This document shows, in pieces, positions 28,311 to 38,762 of a stretch of 64,000 nucleotides of DNA. Positions within the stretch are counted from its first letter, which is position 1. The number at the start of each line of letters is the position of its first letter. The stretch is from an uncultured delta proteobacterium. Lineage in GTDB: Bacteria; Myxococcota_A; Polyangia; Polyangiales; Polyangiaceae. Under the pieces are notes generated by a model. It worked only from the letters and a program-made list of their open reading frames with translations, was not told the DNA's origin and ran no database searches. Both the position numbers and the translations under genes were made by a program. Where the stretch lies: NCBI GenBank assembly GCA_963716725.1, contig CAVQUB010000009.1, positions 288,001-352,000 on the forward strand, read 5' to 3'.

Positions 28311-29243
28311 GTGAACGCCTCCGGCCATGAATCACGACTCTCCGTCGAGCAGAAGCTCGATTGGGGAGAGCTCGCGCCGCTGCGCATCACCGCGCGGCAC
28401 GCCGCGGACGGCGTCTACGCGGGTGGTCATCGCAGCCAGCGCCGCGGCGCCGGCGTGGAGTTCGGCGGACACCGTGCCTACGTGCCGGGCGACGACCTGC
28501 GCTTCATCGACCGGCACGCCTTGATGCGGCACGGGCGATTGATGGTGCGTCAGTTCGAAACCGAGACCGATCGAACCCTGCGCCTCGTGGTAGACGCGAG
28601 CGCGTCGATGGCCTTTCGGAGCCCCGCAGGGCGCGGCGCCAAGCTGGCCTATGCCGCGGTGATCGCCGCCGCGCTCGCCCGCATCGCCATCTCGAACGGC
28701 GACCCGGTGGCGCTGGACTGGATCGGTGGCGAAACGCGGCAACCGTTGCCTGCACTGGGGGGACGCGAAGCCTTCGAGCGCGTGGTCGCTGCCCTGGAGA
28801 CGGTCCAGCCGGGCGGGGACATCCGCCTGGACACCGCGGCCACCGAGCGCGCTTTTGCGGCCGTGGCTCGCTACGCGCGACGCGGCTCGGTCGTGGTGCT
28901 GCTGAGTGACTTGCTCGATCTGCCGGAGCACACCCTCGATCGCTTCGCCGCCCTGTCGTCCCTCGGCCGCACCTTGATCGCCGTACGAGTGCTCGATCCC
29001 TTGGAAGCGACCTTCGGGCTCGAAGGACCGGTGCGGCTCTACGCCAGCGAGGGTGACTTTCACGTCGAGACCGACGCCGGCGCCGTGCGCGAAGGCTACC
29101 TCGCCAACCTCGCCGCGGCGGGAGCCGTCTGGGCAGATCGCCTCGCCGTACACGGCGGGCGCATTGTCGAGAGCGTGACCGACGGCGATCCCGTCACCAC
29201 CGTGCGCGAGATCGTCTTGGGCTCGAGCGGAGGCCCTCGATGA
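28311..29243 (+). CDS. DUF58 family protein
   Basis: G.HRS.RRG.GVEF..HR.YVPGDDLRFID; VDASASM; VLLSD. Confidence 0.9.
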   Translation: MNASGHESRLSVEQKLDWGELAPLRITARHAADGVYAGGHRSQRRGAGVEFGGHRAYVPGDDLRFIDRHALMRHGRLMVRQFETETDRTLRLVVDASASMAFRSPAGRGAKLAYAAVIAAALARIAISNGDPVALDWIGGETRQPLPALGGREAFERVVAALETVQPGGDIRLDTAATERAFAAVARYARRGSVVVLLSDLLDLPEHTLDRFAALSSLGRTLIAVRVLDPLEATFGLEGPVRLYASEGDFHVETDAGAVREGYLANLAAAGAVWADRLAVHGGRIVESVTDGDPVTTVREIVLGSSGGPR

Positions 29244-31267
29244 GCTTCGTCGTTGGACTCGCGCTCGCGGTGGCGGCGTTGGTGGCGGCGCCATTTCTGG
29301 CCCACCTGCTGCGCCGGTCGCGGGCGGACGAGCGCGAGTTCCCGCCCGCACATCTGGTTCCGACGGTGGAGCCGGTCGCGCGCCAACGCAGCCGCATCGA
29401 AGACCGGGTCCTGCTTGCGGTTCGCGCGGCCATGATCTTGGCGCTGGCCGTGCTCGGCGCAACGCCCCTGGTGCGCTGTTCCCGGCTGTCCATCGCGCGC
29501 CAAAGCGGGGGCTCCGTCGCGCTGGCGGTGGTCATCGACGACTCCCTCAGCATGCGCGCCCGGCTGCCGTCGGGAAAGTCACGCTTTGATCGAGCGGTGA
29601 GCGGGGCCTCGGATCTGCTCGCGGCGGCGCGCGAAGGCGACGCAGTGGCTATCGTGCTCGCGGGTGCGCCAGCGCGACTCGCCCTGGCTGCGACCACCGA
29701 TCTCACAGCCGCGCGGCGCGCCCTCGCTGAACTCGCCGTCACGGACCGTGCAACTGATCTCGAAGCCGCCGTGCAGCTGGCACGTTCGTCGGTGAAGCCC
29801 CTGCCCCACGTCGATCGCCGGGTCGTGCTGCTCAGTGATTTCGCTGGAGCTGCCATCCCCGAAGGACAGCCGGCCATTTGGGCGCCGCTCGCCGAGCTCC
29901 GCAAGGCCGTCGACGACTGCGCCGTGGTGTCCGCCGAGAGCCACGGCCGTCGCATCACCGCCAACATCGCATGCTCGTCGGGACGAGCCGCCCGGGGCCG
30001 CTCGCTCGAGCTGGTGGTGAGCGGTGGACCGCCGGCGAACCTGGCGGACGGTGGAATCGCCACCAAGGCCAAGACCGGTGAAGTCGTGGCCAGTGCCAAG
30101 CTCAACGCCCGCGCCGGGGAGCAGAGCATCGCGTTGGAACCGTCGATCTTGGGCGCAGGCCTCGACGCCCAGCTGTCGGGCAAGGACGCCATCGCCGAAG
30201 ACGATCGCGCGCCGGTTGCTCCAGAGTCCCAGGTGCTGGAGCTCGGCGTGATGTCGGACCTCGCCACGGCGAGCGTGACGACCGGCGGCTCGACGGTGGT
30301 CGAGCAAGCGCTGGACGCGCTGGCGCTCGACGTCGGTGTGCGCCCGCTCTCCACGCTGCCCGACGATGTCAAAGAACTGAAGCGCTTCGTCGCGCTCGTC
30401 CTCGACGATCCGAGCGGCTTCGGTCCGGAGGCGCGCGCCGCGCTCGGCGAGTGGCTCGAAGGCGGCGGCGTGGCCGTCGCGCTCCTGGGGCCGCGCGCCG
30501 AGAGCGTGCAACTGGGGACGACGCTGGAGCCCTTCGTGAGCGGCGCGCTGGCGTGGAGCAGCACCACGAGCAGCGGCGTCGATCCCGGCACTGTCGCCTG
30601 GCTCGGCGCACCGGGCTCGAGTCTGGCGAGTCTCGGGCCCCGAGGTCGGGTGCGGCTCGAGACCACGCTCTTGCCCGGCACCAACGTGCTCGCGCGCTGG
30701 GACGATGCGCAGCCCTTCGCGCTGGCGCGCGACGTCGGGCGCGGGCTCGCGCTCACGGTCGCGCTGCCGAGCTCGCCGGATCTGAGCGACTTCGCCCTCC
30801 GCCCGGGATTCCTGGCGCTGCTCGAGCACGTGGTGGAGCAGGCTGAACGTCGGACCGGACCGAAACGCACCGTCGCCGGCGTCGCATGGGCCTTTCCAGC
30901 AGCAAAGCGGGTCGAGGTCGAAGGTCCCCGGGGCACGCTGCCAGAGGCGGCGCTGGAGCGCGACGGCGCACAACGCGCCTTCGTGCCGGAGCTGATCGGT
31001 CGATACCGCATTGTCGCCGACGGCGTGACGGAGCACCGCACCGTCAACTTGGCTTCGGCGGAAATCACTACTCTGCCACTGGAGCCGAACCAGAACGGCG
31101 AGCGCACCGTGACCACCGGCGTCGAAAGCCAAGTCGACGTGTCGTCCGAGGTCGCCCTCGTGCTCTTGGCGCTCCTCGTGCTCGAGCTCGCGCTACGCGC
31201 TGCGGGGCGCCTCGCACCTCGTCGCGCACGGCGTCGTGCCGATCCGACCCCGCGTGCCTCGAGCTAG
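29240..31267 (+). CDS. BatA-like N-terminus plus vWA-domain membrane protein
   Basis: P...HLLRR...FP; MIDAS DDSLSM; VLLSD; C-terminal LL.LE transmembrane helix. Confidence 0.85.
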   Translation: MSFVVGLALAVAALVAAPFLAHLLRRSRADEREFPPAHLVPTVEPVARQRSRIEDRVLLAVRAAMILALAVLGATPLVRCSRLSIARQSGGSVALAVVIDDSLSMRARLPSGKSRFDRAVSGASDLLAAAREGDAVAIVLAGAPARLALAATTDLTAARRALAELAVTDRATDLEAAVQLARSSVKPLPHVDRRVVLLSDFAGAAIPEGQPAIWAPLAELRKAVDDCAVVSAESHGRRITANIACSSGRAARGRSLELVVSGGPPANLADGGIATKAKTGEVVASAKLNARAGEQSIALEPSILGAGLDAQLSGKDAIAEDDRAPVAPESQVLELGVMSDLATASVTTGGSTVVEQALDALALDVGVRPLSTLPDDVKELKRFVALVLDDPSGFGPEARAALGEWLEGGGVAVALLGPRAESVQLGTTLEPFVSGALAWSSTTSSGVDPGTVAWLGAPGSSLASLGPRGRVRLETTLLPGTNVLARWDDAQPFALARDVGRGLALTVALPSSPDLSDFALRPGFLALLEHVVEQAERRTGPKRTVAGVAWAFPAAKRVEVEGPRGTLPEAALERDGAQRAFVPELIGRYRIVADGVTEHRTVNLASAEITTLPLEPNQNGERTVTTGVESQVDVSSEVALVLLALLVLELALRAAGRLAPRRARRRADPTPRASS

Positions 31268-31301
31268 CTCCCCACGAAGCGCCGTGATAGTTCCACGCAC
31301 C

Positions 31302-31841
31302 ATGAAGGTTCGCGGTCTCGTCATCTTGGGCCTGGTCCTCGCGGGCTGTCACTCACCCGGGCTCTACGGCCACAGCCAGGTGTACGCGCCGCTCAGCGAC
31401 GAAGAGTCCGCGCTGGAGCGCGCCAAGGAGTACGACCCCGTGATGGCTCAGCGCACTCCCGACGAGTGGAAGGGCAAGCTGATCACCCTCTTCGGCGTGG
31501 TCAAGTCGCGCCACCCGGGTCCCGGAGGCAACGCCGATCTCGCGCTGAGCGTGCGCACCCTCGAAGCGCGAAACCTGTGTGACACCTCGGACGAAGACAC
31601 CTGTCGCGTTACGGTCAGCGATCGCGAACACGCCGCCGTGCACGCTCACGCGCGACTCAGCGGAGACGACGATATTGGCCGGAAGAGCGTCGGGGCCGGT
31701 TCGTTGGTGCGGGTCGTCGGCACCCTGACCGACAGCGTGGACGCGAACGACGGCGCGCCGGTCGTGAAAGTGACCTATGTCCGGCACTGGCCCCGGGATT
31801 TCTACGTGACCTCGGCGGATCGCGAACACATGCGCCGCTGA
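31302..31841 (+). CDS. Hypothetical lipoprotein (possible OB fold)
   Basis: Lipobox LAGC; GKLITLFGVV...GSLVRVVG. Confidence 0.75.
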   Translation: MKVRGLVILGLVLAGCHSPGLYGHSQVYAPLSDEESALERAKEYDPVMAQRTPDEWKGKLITLFGVVKSRHPGPGGNADLALSVRTLEARNLCDTSDEDTCRVTVSDREHAAVHAHARLSGDDDIGRKSVGAGSLVRVVGTLTDSVDANDGAPVVKVTYVRHWPRDFYVTSADREHMRR

Positions 31842-31892
31842 GCGCGGATTCCATTGCTCCGCGCGAGGCCTGTGGTATTCGTCGCGCCTCTC

Positions 31893-32864
31893 ATGCGTCG
31901 ACTCGTCGCCTCCGCGCTCTTCGCCTGCGCGCTGTCCTCCGTCTCCCTCGAGGCCGAAGCCACCGTGATCGAAAAGGTCGTGGCCGTGGTCGGCGAACGC
32001 GCCATTCTCCTCAGCGACGTGCGCGCGCGGGCCACGCCCTTCTTGGTCAAGATCCACCAGGAGGTGCCAGCCGGCGCCCAGCGCAGCGCGGCCATCTCCC
32101 AGACCTACAAGAACGTGCTCGAGCGCATGGTGGACGAGGAGCTGCAGGGCCGCGCGGCCAACCGCTCCAAGTTGGTCGTTGACGCCAAAGAGGTGGACGA
32201 CGCCATCGGGCGGGTCGCCGCTCAGAACGGCATCAGCGTGGACAAGCTGGTCGCCGAAGCGGCCAAGAGCGGCCTGGACGAGAAGGGCTACAGAAACGAG
32301 ATCCGCCGGCAGGTGCTCGAGGCCAAGCTGCTCAATCTGCGCGTGCAGGGGCGCATCCGGGTCACCGAAGAGGACGTGCGCACCATGTACCGCAAGCTGG
32401 TCATGGACGAACGCCGCAAGCTGGGCTTTAGCGCCGCCTGGATCCGCATCGACGCCCCGCCCGCAGACAAAGGCGCTGCCCGGGAGAAGCGGGCGCAGGC
32501 AGAGTCGCTGGCCGCCCAGGCACGCGCCGGTGCCGACTTCGGGAGCCTCGCGCGCGACAAGTCCGACGACGCACGCAGCCGCGACCGAGGCGGGCAGCTC
32601 GGCCAGCTTCGCCCCGGCCGGCTGCCTCCTGCCATTGACGCCGCGCTGATGAATCTCGAACCGGGACAGGTCTCGAGCTCCGTGCGGGTGGGCGACTCGT
32701 TCTTCGTGGTCAAGCTCATTGCCCGTGACGAGACCGAGCTGCCCGACTTCGAAGAAGCAAAGAACGAGCTCGGCGAGCGCGTGTACCTGGAAAAGATGGG
32801 CAAGGCACGACGCTCTTGGGTCGAGAGCCTGCGCCGGCAGACGCACGTCGAAATCCGGATGTGA
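31893..32864 (+). CDS. surA: SurA-like chaperone / parvulin PPIase
   Basis: IEKVVAVVGE..ILLSDV; GADF..LA...SDD.....GG.LG; L.PGQVS..V. Confidence 0.85.
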   Translation: MRRLVASALFACALSSVSLEAEATVIEKVVAVVGERAILLSDVRARATPFLVKIHQEVPAGAQRSAAISQTYKNVLERMVDEELQGRAANRSKLVVDAKEVDDAIGRVAAQNGISVDKLVAEAAKSGLDEKGYRNEIRRQVLEAKLLNLRVQGRIRVTEEDVRTMYRKLVMDERRKLGFSAAWIRIDAPPADKGAAREKRAQAESLAAQARAGADFGSLARDKSDDARSRDRGGQLGQLRPGRLPPAIDAALMNLEPGQVSSSVRVGDSFFVVKLIARDETELPDFEEAKNELGERVYLEKMGKARRSWVESLRRQTHVEIRM

Positions 32865-32912
32865 GCGGTCGCCGGCGATCCGACGCCTCGCGGGGCGCTC
32901 GCAGCGCGCGGG

Positions 32913-33044
32913 CTACGGCACGCCGGTCGAATACAGGTTGCGCAGGTGCTCGAACGCGGCGTTGAAACGCAATCGAAACTGCTGGGCGAAGGCCCCGGCC
33001 TCGTGCAGCTCGTGGGACGAGTGCCAGTCGACTTCGTCCGTCAA
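32913..33044 (-). CDS. Small 43-aa ORF translationally coupled to the DsbA fusion
   Basis: TTG overlaps the upstream TGA (TTGA); MTDEVDWHSSHELHEAGAFAQQFRLRFNAAFEHLRNLYSTGVP*; high GC3. Confidence 0.4.
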   Translation of the reverse strand: MTDEVDWHSSHELHEAGAFAQQFRLRFNAAFEHLRNLYSTGVP

Positions 33045-35537
33045 CGAACTCCGCACAAGGCGTCGTAGACACGCCCGCGAGGCGTGCCGCCGGCGACGAG
33101 ACTGCGAGCGCTCTCGAGCTCTTCTTTGACCACCACGTCGAAGCGCTCGAGCGGCAGCGCTCCGCTCAGCGAGCGCCCGTTGACGAAGAACGCCGGCGTG
33201 CCCCGCACACCCAGCTTCTGTCCGATGCGTGCGTCCGCGTCGATCTTCGCATCGTGCGTGCGCTTCTTCACCGCGTCCATCAAGGGACCCGGCGGCATGC
33301 CGAGCCCACTGGCAACGACCTCGAGGCCCGCGTCGCTAAGGTCCTTCTGGCTGGCGAACAGCAGGTCGTGCGCCTTCCAGAACTTGGTCGGTCCGCCTTG
33401 CTCGAAGACCTCGAGGGCAAAGGCCGCCGCCGGACGGGCCCGACGGTGGTGATCGAGGGGAAAGTTCTTCCACACGATGCGCAGATCGCCGCCATGTCGC
33501 GCCAAGAGCGTGTCGAGGGTGGGCTGCACACGCTTGCAGAATGGGCACTCGAAGTCCGAGTACTCGACAATGGTCACGAGTGCGTCCGCGGCGCCTCGCA
33601 CCGGTGAGCTGCCGACTGGCGGGCAATTCCGGTCCGCGACGTCCTTGCCGAGCCCGATCAGGTTCTTTCGCACGCGCGTGGCGTAGAGTTCCGAGAGCGC
33701 GGTCCCCAGGGTGAGCAGGCTCCGGGCCGAAGACCGCTCTTTCTCAATCACCCGCTCGAGCTCGGCAGCAGTCGAGAAGCCCTCGATGCGCACCCCGTTG
33801 GCAAAGAAGGTGGGCGTCTCGCGCACGTCGAAGAGCCCAGCGAGCTGCAAATCGCGACTCACCTCGCTCTCGGTCTCGGCCTGGGAGAGCCAGTCCTCGA
33901 TGCGGCTCGCTCGGCCGCCGGCGGCCTCGACCCACTTGCCGAGCTCGACCTTGTTTGCATCGTGAGTCGTGCTCGCTGCCTGGGAAAAGAGCCGCCAGAA
34001 CGCGGCCTCGCCGTACTCGCGCCTCACTCCTACGGCGACGCGCGCTGCATCGCGTGCGCGGGAGTGAATGGCCAGCGGTCGGTGGCGAAACGCGACGCGC
34101 ACGTCATTGGGAAAGGCTCGCAAGATGCGCTCGATGGCCTTGTAGGCTCGCCGGGTGTGGGGGCACTCGAGGTCGCCGAACACAACCAGCGTCACCAGCG
34201 CCTTGTCGCTGCCCCAGACTGGCAGGTCCGCGGTGACTGGGAGCGGCGAGAGCGCGTCCGCGGCGCCGGCCGCTCTGGGGGCGGTGCTTGGCGGCGGCAG
34301 CGCGGCATCCGGCTCGTCGGGCGCCGGATCCGGTTCGTGCCCCTCGCCAGCATCGCTCGGCTCGGGTGGCGGTGGCGCAGTGGGAGTCGGCCCGAGGCCG
34401 GGTCCCGGTGTGGTCGTCGCGGTGGTCGCGGGCACCCGCGCCGACGGCGCTCGCAGTAGCGAGTAGGCAAACAGACCGCCCACCCCGAGCAGCATCACAA
34501 ACACGCCGCCGACCAGCGCGAGTACCCAGATCGCGCTCTCTGCCCTGCGCCTCGACGGCGGGATAGAGTCGGCGTTCGGCGACCGGAGCGGCGGCGGTGG
34601 CGCGCCCGGCGGCGGGGCAGGCGGCGGCGACGCAGCGGGCGGCAGCGACGCAGCGGGCGGCAACCCGCCCGGCGGCGACGCAGCGGGCGACGCTGGATCC
34701 GCTTCGGCTTGCCACGGCGGAGGTGCCCCAGCGCCGGGCGCTTCGACCTGGGGAGTGTGCGCCAGCGGAACGTGAGGGCGGAGCAGCGCCTCGGCGAGGT
34801 CCTGCGCAAAGCGGACGACGTCGACCGGGCGCGCAGCCGGAGATCGCGCCACCGCCTTCGAGATTCAGCGCTTCGACTTCGTCGCTCACGTCCACGCCGC
34901 AGGCGCGTGGCGTCGGACGTGCGTCCGATGGCGAGAGCGTCCGTCCAATCGCGAGCTCGGTGACAATGAGACCCAGCGCGAACACATCGGAGGCTGGCGT
35001 CACGGGGTCCGGGTTGATCCCGTCGTGCTCGGGTGCGCGGCGATCCTGCGGCACGATGGACACGCGCGCGCCCGCGAGCTCGCGCACCACGGCGTCGAGC
35101 GCGAAGCCTTCGATGCTCACGCCTTCGGGACCCAGGCGGATCAGACGAGGGTCGAGCAGTCCAAAGGCGATGCCTTGATCGTGGAGCGGCGCGATGGCCG
35201 CGGCGATCTGAGTCAGCGTGTTGCCAATGGCGGCCGGCGTCAGCCCGACGCGATCCGCCAAGCTCTCGCTGAAGCGACGCTCGTAGGCCAGCACCAGCTC
35301 TCCGGCCTCGAACCCGGCCGCCACCGGGCGGGCGATGCCTTCGGCGCCGATGCGGTAGCGGTCTTGGGCTGCGAGGGCCTGATCGGGATGGCCGGCGCCG
35401 GTGATCGTGACGGCCACCAGGGTCACGCGACCGCCCTCGGAGTCGAGCCCGACCCCGCAGACCACACCGGGCCCGATCTCGCGGACGGACTCGACGCGGT
35501 AGCGCCCGATCACGCTCTGTGCGACGGACAGCGGCAC
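33041..35537 (-). CDS. Pseudokinase - Pro linker - TM - tandem DsbA/thioredoxin fusion, frameshifted at ~34864
   Basis: Kinase-fold remnants (GRYRV, RAPE, DVFALG); deleting one base gives EVEALISKAVARSPAARP and joins ORF 33041-34852; DsbA sites DLECPHT and DFECPFC with cis-Pro loops TPTFF and TPAFF. Confidence 0.8.
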
Positions 35538-35654
35538 GGCGCACACCGTATCATCGCCTGCCAGTTTGGCAGCCAGGTCTGGGGCTCGGACAGCCTGTCC
35601 GGTCGTTTCGGAGCGCAGGCGGCGAAAAGAGCCGCTGGCGGCGGGTTTGCAGCG

Positions 35655-35670
35655 TGGCACGCTGTGTGCT
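35655..35670 (+). promoter_or_regulatory. Sigma54 (-24/-12) promoter
   Basis: TGGCACGCTGTGTGCT: GG-N10-GC, one mismatch to consensus, just upstream of ATG 35686. Confidence 0.7.
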
Positions 35671-35685
35671 CAAAGGGGTTCCCTG

Positions 35686-36912
35686 ATGGCGTCGAGACCA
35701 TGGACCGCGGCTCTCTTGGGCGTGGCCGCGAGCGCGGTTGCGCTGGCCGCCACCGCTCAGTCAGTGACCGTCAGCGGCGCGAGTCTGGACCGCAAGCTCG
35801 GCTTCCGGTCCAGCGATCAGGAGCCGACCTGGGTCAGCTACTCCGACTGCACCGGCGGCGACGAGCTCAGCTTCGAGACGACCCTGGTGAGCGCGGTCGG
35901 CCTATCGCTCGAGGTCTGGGTCGGGAGCAGCGCGGATTGCACTCCTTACGATGCACGCCTCGGCGGGTCGCCCACCTGCTGGCAGGTCTACAAGACCGCC
36001 CCGCAGGCCACGACTCAAAACGTCAAGATCCGCGCCCAAGACATCGTCGCGCAGAACAAGGCCACGGACGGGACCTGGGGTCCGGCCTCGGGCACCGCCG
36101 CCGACTGCAACGACAGCGGCACGGCGAGTGAAGGTCAGCAGGTCACGCTCTACTTCATGCTGGTCGACGGCACGGGTCAGCCGGTGGGGACGGGCACCAA
36201 CTACCAAACCAAGTTCGACGTCGTGGGCCCGCCAGCTCCCACCGGTATCAGTGCTGGCATCGGCGAAGACCGCCTGATCGTGAGCTGGTCCGCGTCGACC
36301 GCATCGGATTTGATCGGCTACCGCGTGTACTGCGATCCGAAACCCGGCGCGGTCGCTCCGGCAAACTCACCCATGGCAGACGCAGGCGCAGCGGGTGCAG
36401 GAGGCGCGGCGGGTGCCGGAGGCGCGGCGGGTGCCGGAGGCGCGGCAACGGATGCCGGAGGCGATGCGGCCATCGAGGCCGGCGCGGACGCAGCGAGCAC
36501 GGGCGGCAGCGCGGGCACCGACGGCGGCGCGGGCACGGGCGGCGGCAGCGCGGGCAACGCGAACTGCCCTTCGGCCGCGCTGACGCCCGGAGAGCGACCG
36601 AACTCAGCCTATCAATGCGGGTCCGTCACAGGGAAGTTGGCGACCGGCGCCACCGCGTCGAACCTGGTCAACGGTGTGAAGTACGCCGTTGGCGTGGTCG
36701 GCTTCGATCTAGTGGGCAACTCGGGCGTGCTGTCGTCCATCGCCTGCGGCAGCCCCCAGCCGGTCGACGACTTCTTCGAGCTGTACCGTCGCGCGGGCGG
36801 CAAGGGCGGTGGCGGGTTCTGCGCCATCGGCGCTGATCCCAGCCACGCGAGCCTCGCAGCGCTCGCGCTCGCCCTCGCGGCCCTCGGGCTCCGGCGGAGG
36901 CGCGCGTCATGA
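35686..36912 (+). CDS. Fibronectin-III-containing MYXO-CTERM surface protein (MXAN_2561-like)
   Basis: Signal peptide; P.APTG...G...L.VSW......GYRVY; LVNGV.Y...V...D.VGN; DDFFELYRRAGG..GGGFC...LRRRR tail. Confidence 0.75.
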   Translation: MASRPWTAALLGVAASAVALAATAQSVTVSGASLDRKLGFRSSDQEPTWVSYSDCTGGDELSFETTLVSAVGLSLEVWVGSSADCTPYDARLGGSPTCWQVYKTAPQATTQNVKIRAQDIVAQNKATDGTWGPASGTAADCNDSGTASEGQQVTLYFMLVDGTGQPVGTGTNYQTKFDVVGPPAPTGISAGIGEDRLIVSWSASTASDLIGYRVYCDPKPGAVAPANSPMADAGAAGAGGAAGAGGAAGAGGAATDAGGDAAIEAGADAASTGGSAGTDGGAGTGGGSAGNANCPSAALTPGERPNSAYQCGSVTGKLATGATASNLVNGVKYAVGVVGFDLVGNSGVLSSIACGSPQPVDDFFELYRRAGGKGGGGFCAIGADPSHASLAALALALAALGLRRRRAS

Positions 36913-37667
36913 GGCGCTGTCTCGCGTCCGCGATGGCCATCACCGCGGTGGCGGCCACCACCCCCGCATGGGCTCAGGGCACCGACGCCTTGGGCGCGTA
37001 CGGTGGGCTCGAACGTCGGCACCAACACGAGTCGCCCCAGTACGCCGCCTTCGAGCTGCGCTTTGGACCCTATCGGCCCGAGGTGGACTCCGAGTTCGGC
37101 GGGGCAACACCCTTCGGCGACACCTTCGGCAACGACAAGCGCTACCTGATCGGCATGGAGGTCGACTGGCAAGCGCTGCGCGTCCCGCACTTTGGCAGCG
37201 TGGGCCCGGGTATCGGCTGGGGCTACACCCGCTTCAAAGCCGACGCGCTCCTGGCCGACGGCAGCGGCAACCGCTCGGCCCAAGCGACGACGCTCAACAT
37301 CATGCCGATGTATCTGGTGGGGGTCGTGCGCGTCGACGTGCTGGCTCGCGAGACCTTCGTGCCGCTCGTGCCCTACGCCAAACTCGGCCTCGGCTACGCC
37401 CTGTGGTGGTCAAGTGACGGCGAAGGCACCGCTCACGGGGACGACGGGACCCCGGGACGCGGCTCGTCCTACGGCGCGCAGTGGGCCCTCGGCGGCATGC
37501 TGCTGCTGGACGTTCTCGACCGGAGCAGCGCCGTCGAGATGGACACGACGACAGGCGTGAACAACAGCTACTTCTTCCTGGAATGGTACCGCAGTCAGCT
37601 GGGCACCAGCGACCAGATGAAGGTCGGCACCAGCACCTGGATGCTGGGGCTCGCGCTGGAGATTTGA
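36909..37667 (+). CDS. Outer-membrane beta-barrel protein (MXAN_2562-like)
   Basis: ATGA overlap; ESPQ..FELRFGPY.P.VD; alternating beta-strands; ends WMLGLALEI. Confidence 0.75.
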   Translation: MRRCLASAMAITAVAATTPAWAQGTDALGAYGGLERRHQHESPQYAAFELRFGPYRPEVDSEFGGATPFGDTFGNDKRYLIGMEVDWQALRVPHFGSVGPGIGWGYTRFKADALLADGSGNRSAQATTLNIMPMYLVGVVRVDVLARETFVPLVPYAKLGLGYALWWSSDGEGTAHGDDGTPGRGSSYGAQWALGGMLLLDVLDRSSAVEMDTTTGVNNSYFFLEWYRSQLGTSDQMKVGTSTWMLGLALEI

Positions 37668-37673
37668 CGCTGC

Positions 37674-38447
37674 TCAGCGCGCCCGGAGCAGCCGGAGGAT
37701 GTGCTTCTGCTCCCACTGCATGGCCCGCTCGAAGTACCGGAACTCGCGCTCCCGCCGTAAGAACTCCCCAGAGTGTAGCGACGTGCGCCCGCCTTCTTTC
37801 ACCATTGGAACCACGTGGTGCAAGAGCTCGTGGTAGACGATGTACGCCAGGAAGTAGCGGGGCACCCAGTCCTTGTCGAGGGCCGGGTGGATGCGGATCA
37901 GGCGCTCGGTGGCGCTGTAGCTGCCGAGCTTGATGGTCTTACGTGGCCCGGCGCTCGGGTGGCTGTGTCGTCCCCAGGTGATCAACACGTCGGGCGGGAC
38001 CGCCGAGCCCAGGTAGCGGTGGCTCACTTCGGTCAAGATCGCGTAGAGATCGTGCACCCGACCCCGCGGACGCAAGCGGCCGCGCGTGGCCTGGACGGCG
38101 CGGATGCGGTGCGAATTCGACTCGATGAAGGCTCCGACGATCTCGGAGGCGTCTCGGTCACCGTCGACGATGTAGCGAACCAGCGAGTCCACCACTCGCT
38201 CCGAGGCGTCCAGGAACATCATGTGCACCCGGACCTGGAGCACGCCGGCGACCTGGCTCCGGGTCACCATGCGCCGGCGGTTGTCGGTGACGGAGAGCTG
38301 CACCATGCCGCCGAAGGCGACGTGGAGGCGGCGCTCGAGAGCCTGGCGCGCTCCTTCGTGTACGAAGATCTGCGGCCCCGTCCCGGTGAAGCGCAGCGGA
38401 AGCGCGACCTGCTCGGGGTGCGGGATACGAACCGCCGACGGCGACAT
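37674..38447 (-). CDS. SprT/YgjP-like zinc metalloprotease domain protein
   Basis: TDNRR.M; ITWG; IKLGSY; IRIHP.LD..VP.YF..YIVYHELLH; H..EF. Confidence 0.8.
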   Translation of the reverse strand: MSPSAVRIPHPEQVALPLRFTGTGPQIFVHEGARQALERRLHVAFGGMVQLSVTDNRRRMVTRSQVAGVLQVRVHMMFLDASERVVDSLVRYIVDGDRDASEIVGAFIESNSHRIRAVQATRGRLRPRGRVHDLYAILTEVSHRYLGSAVPPDVLITWGRHSHPSAGPRKTIKLGSYSATERLIRIHPALDKDWVPRYFLAYIVYHELLHHVVPMVKEGGRTSLHSGEFLRREREFRYFERAMQWEQKHILRLLRAR

Positions 38448-38730
38448 GCGCGGGGCCGAACCTACTGAGGGACGGCCCTTCGCCAGACGCGCCGGGGCAA
38501 CGATCCACGGGAAGCTGATGGCGCGTCGGGAGGTCACTGATCTACGGGTATGGGGCACGATCGGGTGCGTCAAGGAACAGAGTTTTTCTTTGAGGTTACG
38601 GGCGCTTATCGGGGCTCTCGGAGCCCGATTGTGAAGTCGTCCTAAGTGCGCGCCGACGCTCACGATCCCGGCGGCCCAGTGGTCAACACGGCCCGGATCC
38701 GCATCAATCTGTCCCCGGGTCCTCAGGACC

Positions 38731-38762
38731 TTCTCAACGGGTTATCCACAGGCTGTGGACGC
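38731..38762. promoter_or_regulatory. DnaA box with flanking degenerate boxes
   Basis: Perfect TTATCCACA at 38742-38750, inverted TGTGGAC at 38754-38760, weak TTCTCAACG at 38731-38739. Confidence 0.5.
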
